Shown here: piece after piece, positions 38,713 through 50,977 of the stretch
Layout: every line of letters begins with the position of its first letter
Position numbering within the stretch: position 1 is the first letter of the stretch
Assembly (NCBI RefSeq): GCF_963921235.1
Contig: NC_086097.1
Coordinates: 233,370,001 to 233,434,000, forward strand
DNA: 64,000 nt
Direction of reading: 5' to 3'
Source: Mobula hypostoma
Lineage: Eukaryota
Notes under the pieces: generated by a model
Databases searched by the model: none
What the model was told of the DNA's origin: nothing
The model's input: only the letters and a program-made list of their open reading frames with translations
Position numbers and translations under genes: made by a program

Positions 38713-41119
38713 TGAATCCAATAAATCAGCATTTATAGAGGCACAGGTCAATCAAGGACAGTCAGCATGGATTTTTTAGGGGAAGGTTATGTCTGACTAA
38801 CAATTGAATTTCTTCAGGAGGTAATAAAGAGGTTTAATGAGAGGATCACTTTTGATATCGCCTTTGGCAAGGTATTTGACAAAGTCCCACATAGCAGTGA
38901 TTAGGCAAGAAAAAAATCCCATTTGATCAGAGGGGAAATAGTGAGTTGAATAGCTGTTTGCAAAGAGCTAGCTGACTTACACAGAGAAATCAAAAAGTAA
39001 TGAACAAGAGTTTTTGTGACTGGCACCTCTATTTCGTGAGATACACCAGATCCCTCAATTTTCATGATAAATACTATTGACTTAAATGTAAGAGCTATGA
39101 TTAGGAATTTGAGGTATTGGAATTGCAATTTTTTTTATTGTCATCTGTACTAAACTGCAATGTAAAGCTATTCTTGCAGACTGTCCATACAGATTAAATC
39201 ATTATACAGTGCATTGAGGTAGAACAAGGTAAAACAATGACAGTATGCAGTATAAAGTGTAACATCTATAGAAAAAGTATATTACAGGTAAACAATAAAT
39301 TGTAAGATCATAATAAGGTAGACTGTGAGGTCAAGAATCCATCTTATCATACATGGGAACTATTTAATAGTCTTGTAACAGTGAAGTAGATGCTGTTCTT
39401 GAGCTTGGTGATACGAGCTAGCAGGCTTTAGTTGTTAGTTGGGAGTGGAGAGAAGAGAAAACATCTGGGATGGGTGGGGTCTTTGATTATGTTGGCTGCT
39501 TTACTGAAGCAGCAAGAAGAATAGACAGAGTCCATGGAGGGGAGGCTGGTTTCCGTGATGTGCTGAGCCGTGTCTACAGCTCTCCACTGTGTCTTGCATT
39601 AAGGGAAATGTCATTGTCATGGTGTCTTGTTGCTAAGCTATCAATCTTCGTCCTGTTGGTTGGCCAAAGTTGTCAGAGGGGCTAGAGTTAATATGTACCA
39701 TGACCAACCTCTTGAAGTACCTCATGGTGGTAGACATAAGAGCCACCTGGTGGTAGTCATTAAGGCACATTACGTTGTTTGCTGATAGTGTTAAAGATGA
39801 CAGTATTGTTGATGTCAGGAAATGTTCTAGGCTGCAGAGATACAGCACAGTGCAAAGGTCTTAGGCAAGTGTGCCCAGGCCTTAGGTTAGGGTGCTTATG
39901 ACTTTTGCACATCACTGTAGTAATTTTATGTATTGCATCTTACTGCTGCCACAAAAAAAAACAAGCTTCATGACATATGTGAGTGATGATAAACCTAATT
40001 CCAATATGGGTCTCTGTTGTGGACTGAGAGTAGGAAGGGGCAGGGAGAAGGAAATCATGGTTGGGAATAGGGGAAGGGAGGGGGGTGGGGGCAGGAAGCA
40101 CTAGAGAGATGTTCTGTAACGATTAATAAACCAACTGTTTGGAATCAAATGATCCTGCCTGGTGTCTCAGGGCTGGGTGTGTTTGCACCCACGCCAACCC
40201 CTGCGCCTGGCACTCCTTCTCTCCCACCTGTCTTACAACACTCCCATGGCATTCCACTCTCACCATTCCCAACATACTTTGGATTTCAGAACTTTGCCAG
40301 ATTTACAAACTTGCTCTCCGAATTCAGTTTTGGGAAGACAGAGGTTGCTACAAAATGTAGAAGAGGTCCAGCTAGGTCTGTTAGACCACAGCCAGGATAT
40401 CATGTTTCATTCTGCTCATTATGCTACAGTCAATATGTACTATCAAGGATGATAGTGAAATTTCAGGGCTGTAAAGTTATAGTCATGAGAAGGAAGTGTC
40501 CTGGCTGAGGCAGGTACAAAGGAGACAGAGAAGTATACAAAACTACAAAATGCTTGGTTTGGTGAGCAGGTTGGACACAGTTCCCTTTGGAAAGATGTTG
40601 ATAACCAGTGGATGTAAATTTTAAACTAATTGGATGGAATATTAATGGAAAATTAAAAATAAAATCTCCTCTAAGAATTGCAGGTGCCTGGAATACACTG
40701 CTGGAATGGTTGGAGGAGGCAGAAATCCACACATGCATAAAACTTGGAGAAACATTCAAAGAATGACAGCCCACGAGGCTAGGACTAGGATGTGAGTCTG
40801 GGAGCAAATCACATACCTTTATTGCTGATCAGCAAAGACGCGTTTTGCTGAACACCCCATGCGATAAAGGTCCGTGATTCTGAGATGAAGCAGACACCAC
40901 TTAAGATTATGATAAGAAAGAATTTCTTCTATCAGATGATAGTGAATATTTGTAAATTTCAATTTTAAATTAATGCAGATGCTTACTTTTTACATACATT
41001 GAAAGCTGAGTTTAAAAGTGTTTGGGGAATCAGTGGGAATGGGATCAGGTAGGAAAGTTTTTTGAGAGCTTATCAACCATGACCTTAATCAACAGCAAAG
41101 TGGATTCATAGGTCTGTCG

Positions 41120-41540
41120 GATGATATGAACTTTGATTTCTCCAATTTCTGGTATTTTTTCCCCTCCATCTTCCTTCTGCTACATTTCCCAACTCTGGTC
41201 TCCTCCCTCTACTTCTCACCTTCCTATCACCTCTCCTCTGGTGCCCGCCTCCTCCCCTTTCTCCCATGATCAGGTTTCTCCTTCTCCAGCCCTTTACCTT
41301 TCCCACTTATCACTTTCAAGTTACTTACTTCAACCACCCCCGCCCCCAACCACCTGGCTTTACCTATCACCTCATAGCTTGTCCTCCTGCCCTTCCTCAC
41401 ACCTTCTTATTCTGGCTTCTTTCCCCCCTTGTTTTCCATTATGATAAAGTGTATCAGCTCAAAACATCCACTATTAATTCATTTCCATAGATGCTGCCTG
41501 ACCTGCTGATTTGAACCAGCATTTTGTGTGTGTTGTTCTG
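41120..41540 (+). mobile_element. Penelope-like 3' fragment
   Basis: Pyrimidine-rich tract plus ATAGATGCTGCCTGACCTGCTGA...CAGCATTTTGTGTGTGTTG, homologous to 14450-14850. Confidence 0.7.
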
Positions 41541-42426
41541 TCTTAACCTAGCCCTGTTCCGTTTATGGTAGGTAATATAAATATTTTTAGTTTAATATTC
41601 GTATTTTCATGTTAGGCAGTGGTAGGGATAGTCCGTTTCATTGGAAGATTATGTTGCTGCGCGACAATGATCTCTGTCACAACTTCAATGCAGTTTTGCT
41701 GATTTCTGTACTCGCAGTTGCCACATGTAGCTATGTGGAACTGGAAAAAAAACTTGCATTTCATAACATTAGTTTTGCAAAGGGAGGGGGATCAAGTTAA
41801 GAAAGCAATGCTCAATAATCCAATCTGCAATCTTTTAATTGAGTCCATTTGTAAGCAACATGGTAATACATTTTGCCAATGCTAAATTGTTGAGTTTCCA
41901 CATGGTGTCAGTAGAAGCACATCAAACTGAGGACAATCTAATTTCTCAGGTACCTTTTTGTGATGTCTTACTATTACTCCAAAAATTTGGTGTTAGAATC
42001 ATCTTCATTTATTTTTAATTTCCTTCTTCTGAAAGCTGGGAAGTTATAGAAGATAATGATTGTTCATGTATGAGACTAGGCAGTGAATCTCAGCCATCCA
42101 TTTTACCAAAGGTGATTTCCAAGCTGCCTAATCCTATTCTACCCTGAAATCCAATGCAGGCTGACTCCATCATAGATCAAAGTATTAGAAATCCAGCAAA
42201 ATTTTAACACTGGTGCCTATGAGGTTGTTAACCTCAAGATAAAAAAGAAGTAATTACATATTAGTCTTTGAAATTAGAACAGAATGTGTTGGAAACACTC
42301 AGCAGTCAGGCAGCAACTGTGGGAAGAGAAACAAAGTTCGAAGTAAATTTATTATCAAAGTACGTGTACACTCAATGGCCATTTTATTAGGTACCTCCTG
42401 TACCAAACTAAATGGCCATTGAGTTC

Positions 42427-43251
42427 TTTTCTTTTTCAATCTTTTTATTAAGTTTCAAAATTAGTAAGCATAACAATAATAGTAACGTTACAGAGATCGG
42501 GATTGCATTAATAATGGTTAACATGTACAAGCACGGATTCCAAATGACAAATATAGTTTAGCCTCCCAATCTCATGGCAACTGACCATGAAAAAGATATT
42601 TTATAAGGAGAAACAAAAACCCTAAACTAAAAAGAAACTAAACTGAAAAAAAACAGACAGACAGAAATTGGGTTGTCATATTACAATGGCTGAAACTATT
42701 ATTTGTCGTTAACTCCGCTCCTCTATACATGAACAAAAAATTATTACAAAAGATTCGGAAGGGTTCAACTTACATCGTATGAAAATATTGAATAAATGGC
42801 CTCCAAGTCTCTTCAAATTTAACCGAAAGATCGTAGTACTGCTCTTAATTTTTTTCCAAGCTCAGGCAATCTATTGTTTGGGAAAACCATTGAAATGTAG
42901 TAGGGGGATTTTTAATCTTTCCATTTAAGTAAAATGAAACTTCTGGCTATTAATGTAACAAATGCAATTAGGTGACAAGCTGACGAGGATAAATGACTAG
43001 AGTCTATCACTGGTAGTCCAAAAATTGCAGTCATAGGATGTGGTTGTAAATCAATACGCAGAACTACTGAGATAATATCAGAAATATCTTTCTAATACTT
43101 TTTTAGAAGAGGACAAGACCACAACATATGTGTCAAGGAAGCTACCCCGGAATTACATCTATCACAAACAGGATTTATATGGCAATAAAAATGAGCTAAC
43201 TTATCCTTGGACATGAAGAGCCCTATGAACCACCTTGAATTATATCAAAGC
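42427..43251 (-). mobile_element. L1-clade LINE 3' fragment with 11-bp TSD
   Basis: CDRC.....SLTHMLWSC zinc knuckle, ILLKWK, LEKI; A-rich tail; TSD CCATTGAGTTC at 42416-42426 and 43252-43262. Confidence 0.85.
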
Positions 43252-43488
43252 CCATTGAGTTCATGTTGATGGTCTTCCACTGCTGCAGCCCATCCACTTA
43301 AAGGTTCGATATGTTGGCTGTTCAGAGAAGCACACATTTATTTGAGTTACTGTTACCTTCTTGTCAGCTTGAACTAGTCTGGTCATTCTCCTCTGACCTC
43401 TCTCTTTAACAAGCTGTTTTAGCCCACAGAATTGCTGGTCACTGATTTTTTTCCCCATTTTTCACACCATTCTCTGTAAATTCTGGAG

Positions 43489-43525
43489 CAGGGGTTTCCA
43501 ACCACTGTAATTCGTGGAGCCCCTG
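43489..43525. mobile_element. 37-bp hAT (Charlie-type) micro-element
   Basis: TIRs CAGGGGTTTCCA / TGGAGCCCCTG; 8-bp TSD TTCTGGAG/CTCTTGAG; empty site CTCTAGAG in the sister Tc1 copy at ~55349. Confidence 0.75.
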
Positions 43526-44493
43526 CTCTTGAGACTGTTATGTGTGAAAATCCCAGATTAGCAGGTTCTGAGTAACTCAAACCACCCTGTCGGGCACCAG
43601 CCATCATTCCATGGTCAAAGTCACTTAGATCACATTTCCTCTGCATTCTGATGATTAGTCCGAACAGCAACTGAACCTCTTGCTTTTATGTGCGGATATT
43701 CGCATTAATGAGTTGTTGTATAGGTGTATCTAATAAAGTAGTCACTGAGTGTATGGCACTACTGTATATACCTTGAGACTCATTTTCTTACAGGGATTCA
43801 TGGACTATAGAGAAATTCAATCAAATCAATGAAAAACAACATAAGGCCAACAGAATTAATGCTTCAGGATGAAAACTCCGTGAACTGCCAGAGAATTTGC
43901 ATGTGTACAGACCATAAGACCATAAGCTATAGGAGCTGAATTAGGCCATTTGGCCCATTGTGTCTGCTCCATTTTATCATGGCTAATCCAATTTTCCTCT
44001 CAGCCCCAATCTCCTGCCTTCTCCCCATATCCCGTCATGCCCTGACCAATCAAAAATCTATCAACCTCTGTCTTAAGTATACATAAATACTTGGCCTCCA
44101 CAGATGTTTTTGGCAAAGAAGTCCATGCTTTGATGCTTCTGACATTGTATGTATTTCAAAATTCCAGTGTTGATGATTTTCAGCAATTGCATGTTGAAGG
44201 TTTTGAACTTCTGAAAAACCAGGACATTTTATAGGTGTATCGGTGGTGTATGAAAAACAATTACAGCAATAATTGATTTTCACAATACGGCTGTGAGATC
44301 TTTCATTGCCTCCCGTGATACACTTGCTAAAACCGCCTCTGTTAAATTCATGGCCTTTCCATGTCTGTCAACACGAGGCCATCAAGTACCTCAGCCTGGC
44401 AACTCGGAAACTGCTCTTGTATTCTTCTCTAGTTCTCACAAGCTTGCTAGTTTTGCCATATGGACACCTGCATACCCAATGACAATACTTTGA

Positions 44494-44653
44494 GCAACAC
44501 ACATCAAAGTTGCTGGTGTCCTGACGAAGGTTCTCGGCCTGAAACGTCGACTGCACCTCTTCCTACAGATGCTGCCTGGCCTGCTGCGTTCACCAGCAAC
44601 TTTGATGTGTGTTGCTTGAATTTCCAGCATCTGCAGAATTCCTGTTGTTTGCA
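44494..44653 (+). mobile_element. Penelope-like mini insertion (pseudo-LTR with 5' inverted segment), 12-bp TSD
   Basis: TSD ACAATACTTTGA at 44482-44493 and 44654-44665; perfect inverted repeat 44493-44518 / 44591-44616. Confidence 0.85.
44518..44551 (+). ncRNA. Minimal type I hammerhead ribozyme motif
   Basis: GTC-CTGACGA-AGGT(TCTCG)GCCT-GAAAC-GTC-GAC: intact catalytic core, stem II, palindromic ACGT stem III and GUC cleavage triplet. Confidence 0.7.
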
Positions 44654-46534
44654 ACAATACTTTGAAATGACTTTTGTTCTGCACATATTTGGAGGACGAA
44701 GGTATTAAGTGGGAACAAGCTTAACCCTGTTTCCCAGCCCCACTCCCTTCTTAGGGATGCAGAGAAAACAGGTTTACTTTGAAAAAAGATTTTCAAGTGT
44801 GAAGTCAATGCTTCACCACAGAGGGAAAAAGCCACCACACGGTCAAAGTAAAAGTCAAAATAAATTTATCAATGAAGTATGTTACCATATACTACCTTAA
44901 GATTCATTTACTTGCAGGCATTTACAGGATAAATGAAGAAATACAGCAGAGTTAGGGTTAGGAAAACTACACATAACCAAAGAGTGACAAACAACCAATG
45001 TGCAAAAGAAGAGGTATCATGCAAACAATAAATAAATAATATGAAGAATGTGAGTTGTAGAGTCCTTGAAAGTGAGTCTGTAGTGGATAATGATCTGGGG
45101 TTTATTTCTCATCATAGTGAGAATGGCCCTTGGTTTTGAATATCATTTGCTCATTATAGTGCGGCACTGGAGACCTGTACAACATCTCCTAGGAGTGTAG
45201 GTCTGTCCATTCACTATGACAGGTACCATCTTTTGCAGGAACATCCAAGCATCCATCTTCACTACTTACATTCTGCTTTGGCATGACATTGTGGGATGAA
45301 TGGCCTGTCCCTTTGCTGTACCCTTCGATGTTCCAAGAAGTCATGTGGCTTTAAACTCAATGTTGAAAGTTATTTTCTTTACCTCTTCTTGTCTCTCATA
45401 AGGGGGACCTACAGTGGACAGGTATTTACCATTCTTAACTAAAATAAATAAACTTCTTGTTTATAACCTTCTGTTACTATTCCTCGTGCTGAGTAACAGT
45501 ATTTACCTCTGTTCTGTGTTGTAACACCTGATAGCTCTGATTCATAAAACATATTCCACTATGACATAACCATATATAACCATATGACAATTACAGCACG
45601 GAAACAGGCCATCTCGGCCCTTCTAGTCCGTGCCAAACTCCTACTCTCACCTAGTCCCACCGACCTGCACTCAGCCCATAACCCTCCATTCCTTTCCTGT
45701 CCATATAGCTATCAATATGGACATCTATATAATCAAGTTGATTTTCCAGCAAGTTTTGATAAAGTCTGGAACATCATGATTGATGAGGGCACTTTCACAA
45801 TTTAATGCAATATTGATAACAACAGGAGCACTAATTTTATTTGGGCAAAGTCAACTGCTAAAGGTTAGTAAAATATTTGGAATAAATAGAGACAAAAAAA
45901 AATTGCTCTTTTAAAAATGTGCATAATTTGGTGAATTAATTGTGCAGGTTTTAATTAAAATTTATTTTTCTTGAAGTGTTTGTAGCACCCAATGAAATGT
46001 GTCTGGCATATGATTTAGAGGTATTGCTGTTTTGATGTACAGATGATTTTGAATTTTACAATCAAATTTAGGATAATGATAGAGAATTATATTTGGCTCA
46101 GCACTCCAGTTGGCTTAATACATTTATAAAATAAATCAGCACTTTTATCATTTGCCTTCTATCCTACATTGAGCAGAATCATATTTTTTTTACTCAAAAA
46201 TGTTGTTGCAGTTATTAATTTGTTTTCTAAATGATAAATTACCTGTTTACGTGATCTGTAAAAGATTAAACAGGAATAATCAAATATTCTTGAAACCAAA
46301 ATGATCACAGATTGCTGAGTATATTGGAAATGCAGATGAAACAAGACTAAATCATATTTAGCAATGTATGAGGAAATATTTGTTGTATTTTAGGTCAGGC
46401 ACCTTTATCATTTTGGAACATTTGTTTGTAATTATTTAATTCTTGAGGATATTGAAATGAGTGATAACATTTGTGCGGTTGACTGAATATCTCTTTTTAT
46501 TTCTTCATGTCCTGTTTTATCTTGTTCCTATTAG

Positions 46535-46672
46535 AAATTATGTCTGGCAAAACAGATAAGGAACCAATTGGGAAATACCAAGGTTTTGTTTTAAGGAGCG
46601 AATTGCTAGCAACGAGGATAATGGAAAGGTCTTGCCCATTTAATGAAGGAAATCTGACAGCAGTTCTGGAGT
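46535..46672 (+). CDS. Candidate host coding exon, unidentified product (alternative donor at 46833/46834)
   Basis: Non-repetitive region; long polypyrimidine tract plus TAG acceptor; single open frame IMSGKTDKEPIGKYQGFVLRSELLATRIMERSCPFNEGNLTAVLE; donor GTGAGT at 46673; frame stays open to 46845. Confidence 0.25.
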
Positions 46673-47558
46673 GTGAGTTCAGTGTGAACATCCAAAGTTG
46701 TTTTTGCAGTGTTCTGTCCTCCTCCAGGTGGTCCAGTGCTATAGGGGTTTCTGATGCATTTCATGTAGTGAAGCACTATTCTTACTCTGAAAAGCGCAGA
46801 AAATATCAAGCCTTGTTACATGAGTTTAATGGGGTATGGCTATAATTTCCATTTCCAACTTCTCTGTATTTAAAATGCTAATTTTATCTGTGTGGATTGT
46901 CAAGCCTGAATTCCATTCATTTTAATTATTAATATTGTATTTTGTTGCAGTATGTTTATGATATTTCAGCTTCAAGTTTAATCTCATGCATTCATCCAAA
47001 TCTGCATAATAATTTTAAAAATCAACTTGCACAGCTATGTCTGAGTATTCAAAGGAAATACTTGGAGATAAAAAAGTTCTGAAGAAGTAATTTGGAGATA
47101 AAACTTCATGGTGTATAGGCTTTACGAGTTCTTCAAATATGATTGATTTTTCAACCTGCTCTTTGGTATCACAGCTGAAGAATGTCAAAGATCACCTAGA
47201 GCTGGCACCTATTAAATATCGAGCTTAGGAAAGGTATAGTGATCACCAGATGTCTGTGAGAAGTGATATTCAAAGTCAGCAAAGACACCAGCCTCCTCAC
47301 TTCGTTGCTGCTTAACAAACCCGGGAAAGGGTTATGATCTCTAAGTAAAATTAATGGAACTAAGCTCATGCAGTATAGGAATAGCCCTCCCAACCACTGA
47401 GCACGTCTACAAGGAGTACTGCCACGAGGAAGTTGTGACCCTCATCAAGGACACCCGCCATCCAAACCATTCTCACCTCTCACTGCTGCCAACAGGGAGG
47501 AGGCTCAGGAACCTCAGGTCCCACATCATCAGGTTCAAGAGCAAATATTACCCTGCAA

Positions 47559-50500
47559 CAGTGATTCTCAATGGGGGCAGTTACATGCTGAAGGGGGTGT
47601 TAGGGGAAGTGGAAGTTCCCCTAAGATTCTTGGGAGGGGTGCGGCAAGCAGAACCCTAACTTGAGGCATGAGACCTGACTGACCAGGACAATTCGCTGCC
47701 ATTGTCAACATCCGATAGGCATTCCCAGTTTGTGTTCATTTTTAATCTTAATTTAGCGCCGTTAATGATGGAAAAATATGTACAGCACCATCTCTATGAG
47801 TCTGAAGGTGGTGAAGCCTTGAATTCTAATCTAAATGGTTATGTATTTATATAACTTAATTTACTTTATTTTATTTATTTATTCATTTATGGGATGTGGG
47901 CATCATTTACTGGCCATCCGTAGTTGCCCATAAGAAGGTGGAGATGAGCTGCCTTCTTGAACAGCTGCAGGCCCAAAGGTGCAGGTACACCCACTGTGCT
48001 GTTAAGAAGGGAATTCCATGATTTTGACTCAGCGACAATGAAGAAACGGCGAAATGTTTCCAAGTCAGGACAGTGAGTGACTTGGAGGGGGATTTCCAAG
48101 TGGTGGTGTCCCCAGGTATCTGCTCTTCTCGTCCTTCTAGATGGTGGTGGTCGTGGGTCTGGAAGGTGCTGACCTAAGAACTTTGGTGTGTTGTTGCAGT
48201 GCATCTTGTAGATACTACACACTGCTGCAAATGTTTGTTGACGGTGGAGGGATTGGATGCTTGTGGAAGGGGTAACAATCAAGTGGGCTGCCTTGTACTG
48301 GATGGTGTCAAGCTTCTTGATCGTTGATGAAGCTGCGTTCATCCAGGTGAGTGACGAGCATTCCATTACACTCCCGACCTCAGCCTTATAGATGGTGGAC
48401 AGGCTTTGGGGAGTCTGGAGGTGAGTTACATGTCACGGGACTCCTAGTCTTTGACCTACTGTTGTAGCCATGGTGTTTACATGGCTAGAGCAGTTCAGTT
48501 TCCTGTCAATGGTAAACCCCAGGATGTTAATAGCAGAGTATTCAGCGATGGTGATGCCACTGAATGTTAAGGGACGATGGCTGAAGCCTCTCTTGCTGGA
48601 GATGGTCATTGCCTGGCACTTGTATGGCTTGCAGGTTACTTGCCACTTGTCAGCCCAACCCTGGATGTTGTCCGGGTCCTGCTGCATTTGATTATGAACT
48701 GCTTTACTGTCTGAGGAGTCACGAATGGTGCAGACCATTGTGCAGTCATCTGCGAACATCCCCATTTCTGACCTTCCGACGGAAGGAAGGTCATTGATGA
48801 AGCAGCTGAAGATGGTTGGTCCTAGGACACCTCCCTGAAGAACTCCTGCAGTGATGTCCTGAGGATGAGATGATTGACCTCCAATCACCACAACCATCTT
48901 CCTTTGTGACAGGTATGATTCCAACCAACAGAGGGTTTTTCCCTTAATTCCCATTGACTCAATGTTAACTAGGGCATCTTGATGCCATGCTAGGTCAAAT
49001 GCTGCCTTGATGTTGAGGGCTATCACTCTCACCACATCTCTGGTATTTTGCTCTTTCATCCATGTTTGGACCAAGGAGGTGATGAGGTCAGGAGCTGAGA
49101 GGCCTTGACAGAACCCAAACTAGGCACCCGTAAGCAGGTTATTGCCGAGTAGGTGCTGCATGATAGCACTGTTGGTGATCCTTCCATTGCTTTGCTGATG
49201 ATTGAGAGAAGGCTGATAGGGCAGTAATTGGCTGGGTTGGACGTCCTGTTTCCTGTGTACAGGACATACCTGGGCAATTTTCCATATTGCCAGGTAGCTG
49301 CTGGTGTTGTAGCTGTACTGGAACAGCTTGGCTGGTGGTGCAGCAGGTTCTGGAGCACAAGTCTTCAGGACTATTGCCGCGATTTTGTCTGGGCCCATAG
49401 CCTTCACAGTATCCAGTGCTTTCGGTCATTTCTTGATACCACCTGGAGTGAATCAGATTGGCTGCGTACTGACATCTGGAATGCTGGGAACTTCTGGAGG
49501 AGGCCGAGCTGGATCATCTACTTGGCACTTCTCACTGAAGATTGTTGCAAATGCCTCAGCCTTATGTTTTGCACAGGTGTGCTGGGCTCCTCTATCATTG
49601 AGGATGGAGATTTTCCTGGAGCCTCCTTCTCCAGTGAGTTGTTTGATTGTCCACCTCCATTCATGGCTGGATGTGGCAGGACTACAGAGCTGTAGTTTAT
49701 TAAGGATAAAAGTAATCCGATTAGGAACATGATTTCTTGTGCAACAGAAGGAGCACCATGTATGACAGGTTGCCATTCTGGTTTAGTGGGATTTATGAAA
49801 AATCCAATTCCAAGTCTATTTGCAATCCATTGTGTAATTTATCATCAACATCTCACAGCCAAAAACCTCAGCCAGCAACTTTTTTCAAGCATGACTCTTG
49901 TAATATCTGCTATCAACAAAGTTAAAGCTCATTCATTAAAAAGCAGAATATTTTACCAGTTATGCCAAGATAACGACGAAGAGTTTGAACGCTTGCTTCT
50001 TCACACTGAAGTATATTGACTGTCAATAGACTACTGCTTGAAACATTTCTCTGATCTATTTGACACTGTATTTGAATTTTTGCTCAAAGTCAACAAGACC
50101 TTGGGAAACAAGATTGTACCTCTACGTGGAATTGTGGCATACCTAGCCAATCTGCATGACAAGATGAAACTGCAGGGTGAGAATTTCAATTTAATCCAGG
50201 CAAATGTGCACTGTCCACTTTTATTGTAAAATTGGAAATATATAAGCAAAACATTGGGAGAATGACATTCTCACAGTTTCCCTGTGTGGAAAGTATGGCA
50301 CTCTCTTTCACAGACGATGATTTGCAGAATTACTGCTTACACCTGCAGTTACTGAAGAAGGATTTTCAGAATCAATTCATGGATTTGAACGATTTGGAAA
50401 TTCCAGACTGGGTAATTAACCAATTTCTTTGCAAGGTAAAAGAACAGGAAGAGAGCTTGTAGAAGGCAGGGCAGAAGAAGCAAAAATACTTTTCAAGGAT

Positions 50501-50977
50501 GTCGGTTTTTGTGGTATGTAGCTGCACTGTTGTATGAAGTTTCCTGGTCTTTGGAGAAGAGCCAAACTGCTCTTCATTGCATTTCCATACTCCTACCTTG
50601 CTGAAAGAGGCTCCAGTGCAGTGAACCACATACTCACAAAAAACAGAACCTGCTTAGACATTGTTATGTCTGGGGGCTTTTGCTGTCACAACTTGAAGCA
50701 GATATTTTAACTCTTGCTAAAAATCATTAAGCTCAAGGATTCCATTGATATTGAAACTGTTGTACAGCACACAAGTACTGTGTAAGCTAGGTTTAAAGAC
50801 AAATAAAAATTTAAAGCAGAATCATTTTTCTCATGATAACATATGGTAGACATGATTTTACACTATGAGGGCACCGGGAAGTATATTGTGTCTAAGAGGG
50901 GTGTTGGCAAGAAGAAAAGTACTTTAGAGAGGTGTTGGAAAGTATGAAGGTGCTTTGGAAGGTGCTAGGAAACATTG
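47559..50977 (+). mobile_element. hAT-Charlie-type DNA transposon with decayed transposase, inserted in a Rex1-like 3' fragment
   Basis: Left TIR CAGTGATTCTCAA, degenerate right end CTAGGAAACATTG, 8-bp TSD CCCTGCAA/CACTACAA; transposase ISCATEGAP.M.G, IHCVI..QHL.AK, RLLLHTEV, SYLAERGSS. Confidence 0.85.
47865..49690 (-). mobile_element. CR1-like LINE (DIKAAFD type), decayed, nested in the hAT element
   Basis: KAMGPD.I...VLKTCAPE, PISLLSIISK.ME, IALNIKAAFD..WH, AGVLQG.VLGPTIFSCFINDL, MFADD; (AATA)n tail. Confidence 0.9.

Larger units (their letters stand above)
42369..43751 (-). mobile_element. Non-autonomous Tc1-like DNA transposon hosting an L1 fragment and a micro-hAT
   Basis: TA|CACTCAATGGCCATTTTATTAG ... 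CTAATAAAGTAGTCACTGAGTG|TA TIRs; HTH remnant KCDLSDFDHGMMAGAR..G.S.SE...LGFS..TVSR and RGQRRMTRLVQAD. Confidence 0.85.

Noticed and set aside
49729..50730. Domesticated hAT-derived gene (SCAND3/ZBED-like)
   Set aside because: Multiple stops and frameshifts, catalytic-region motifs mutated, TIR and TSD remnants present
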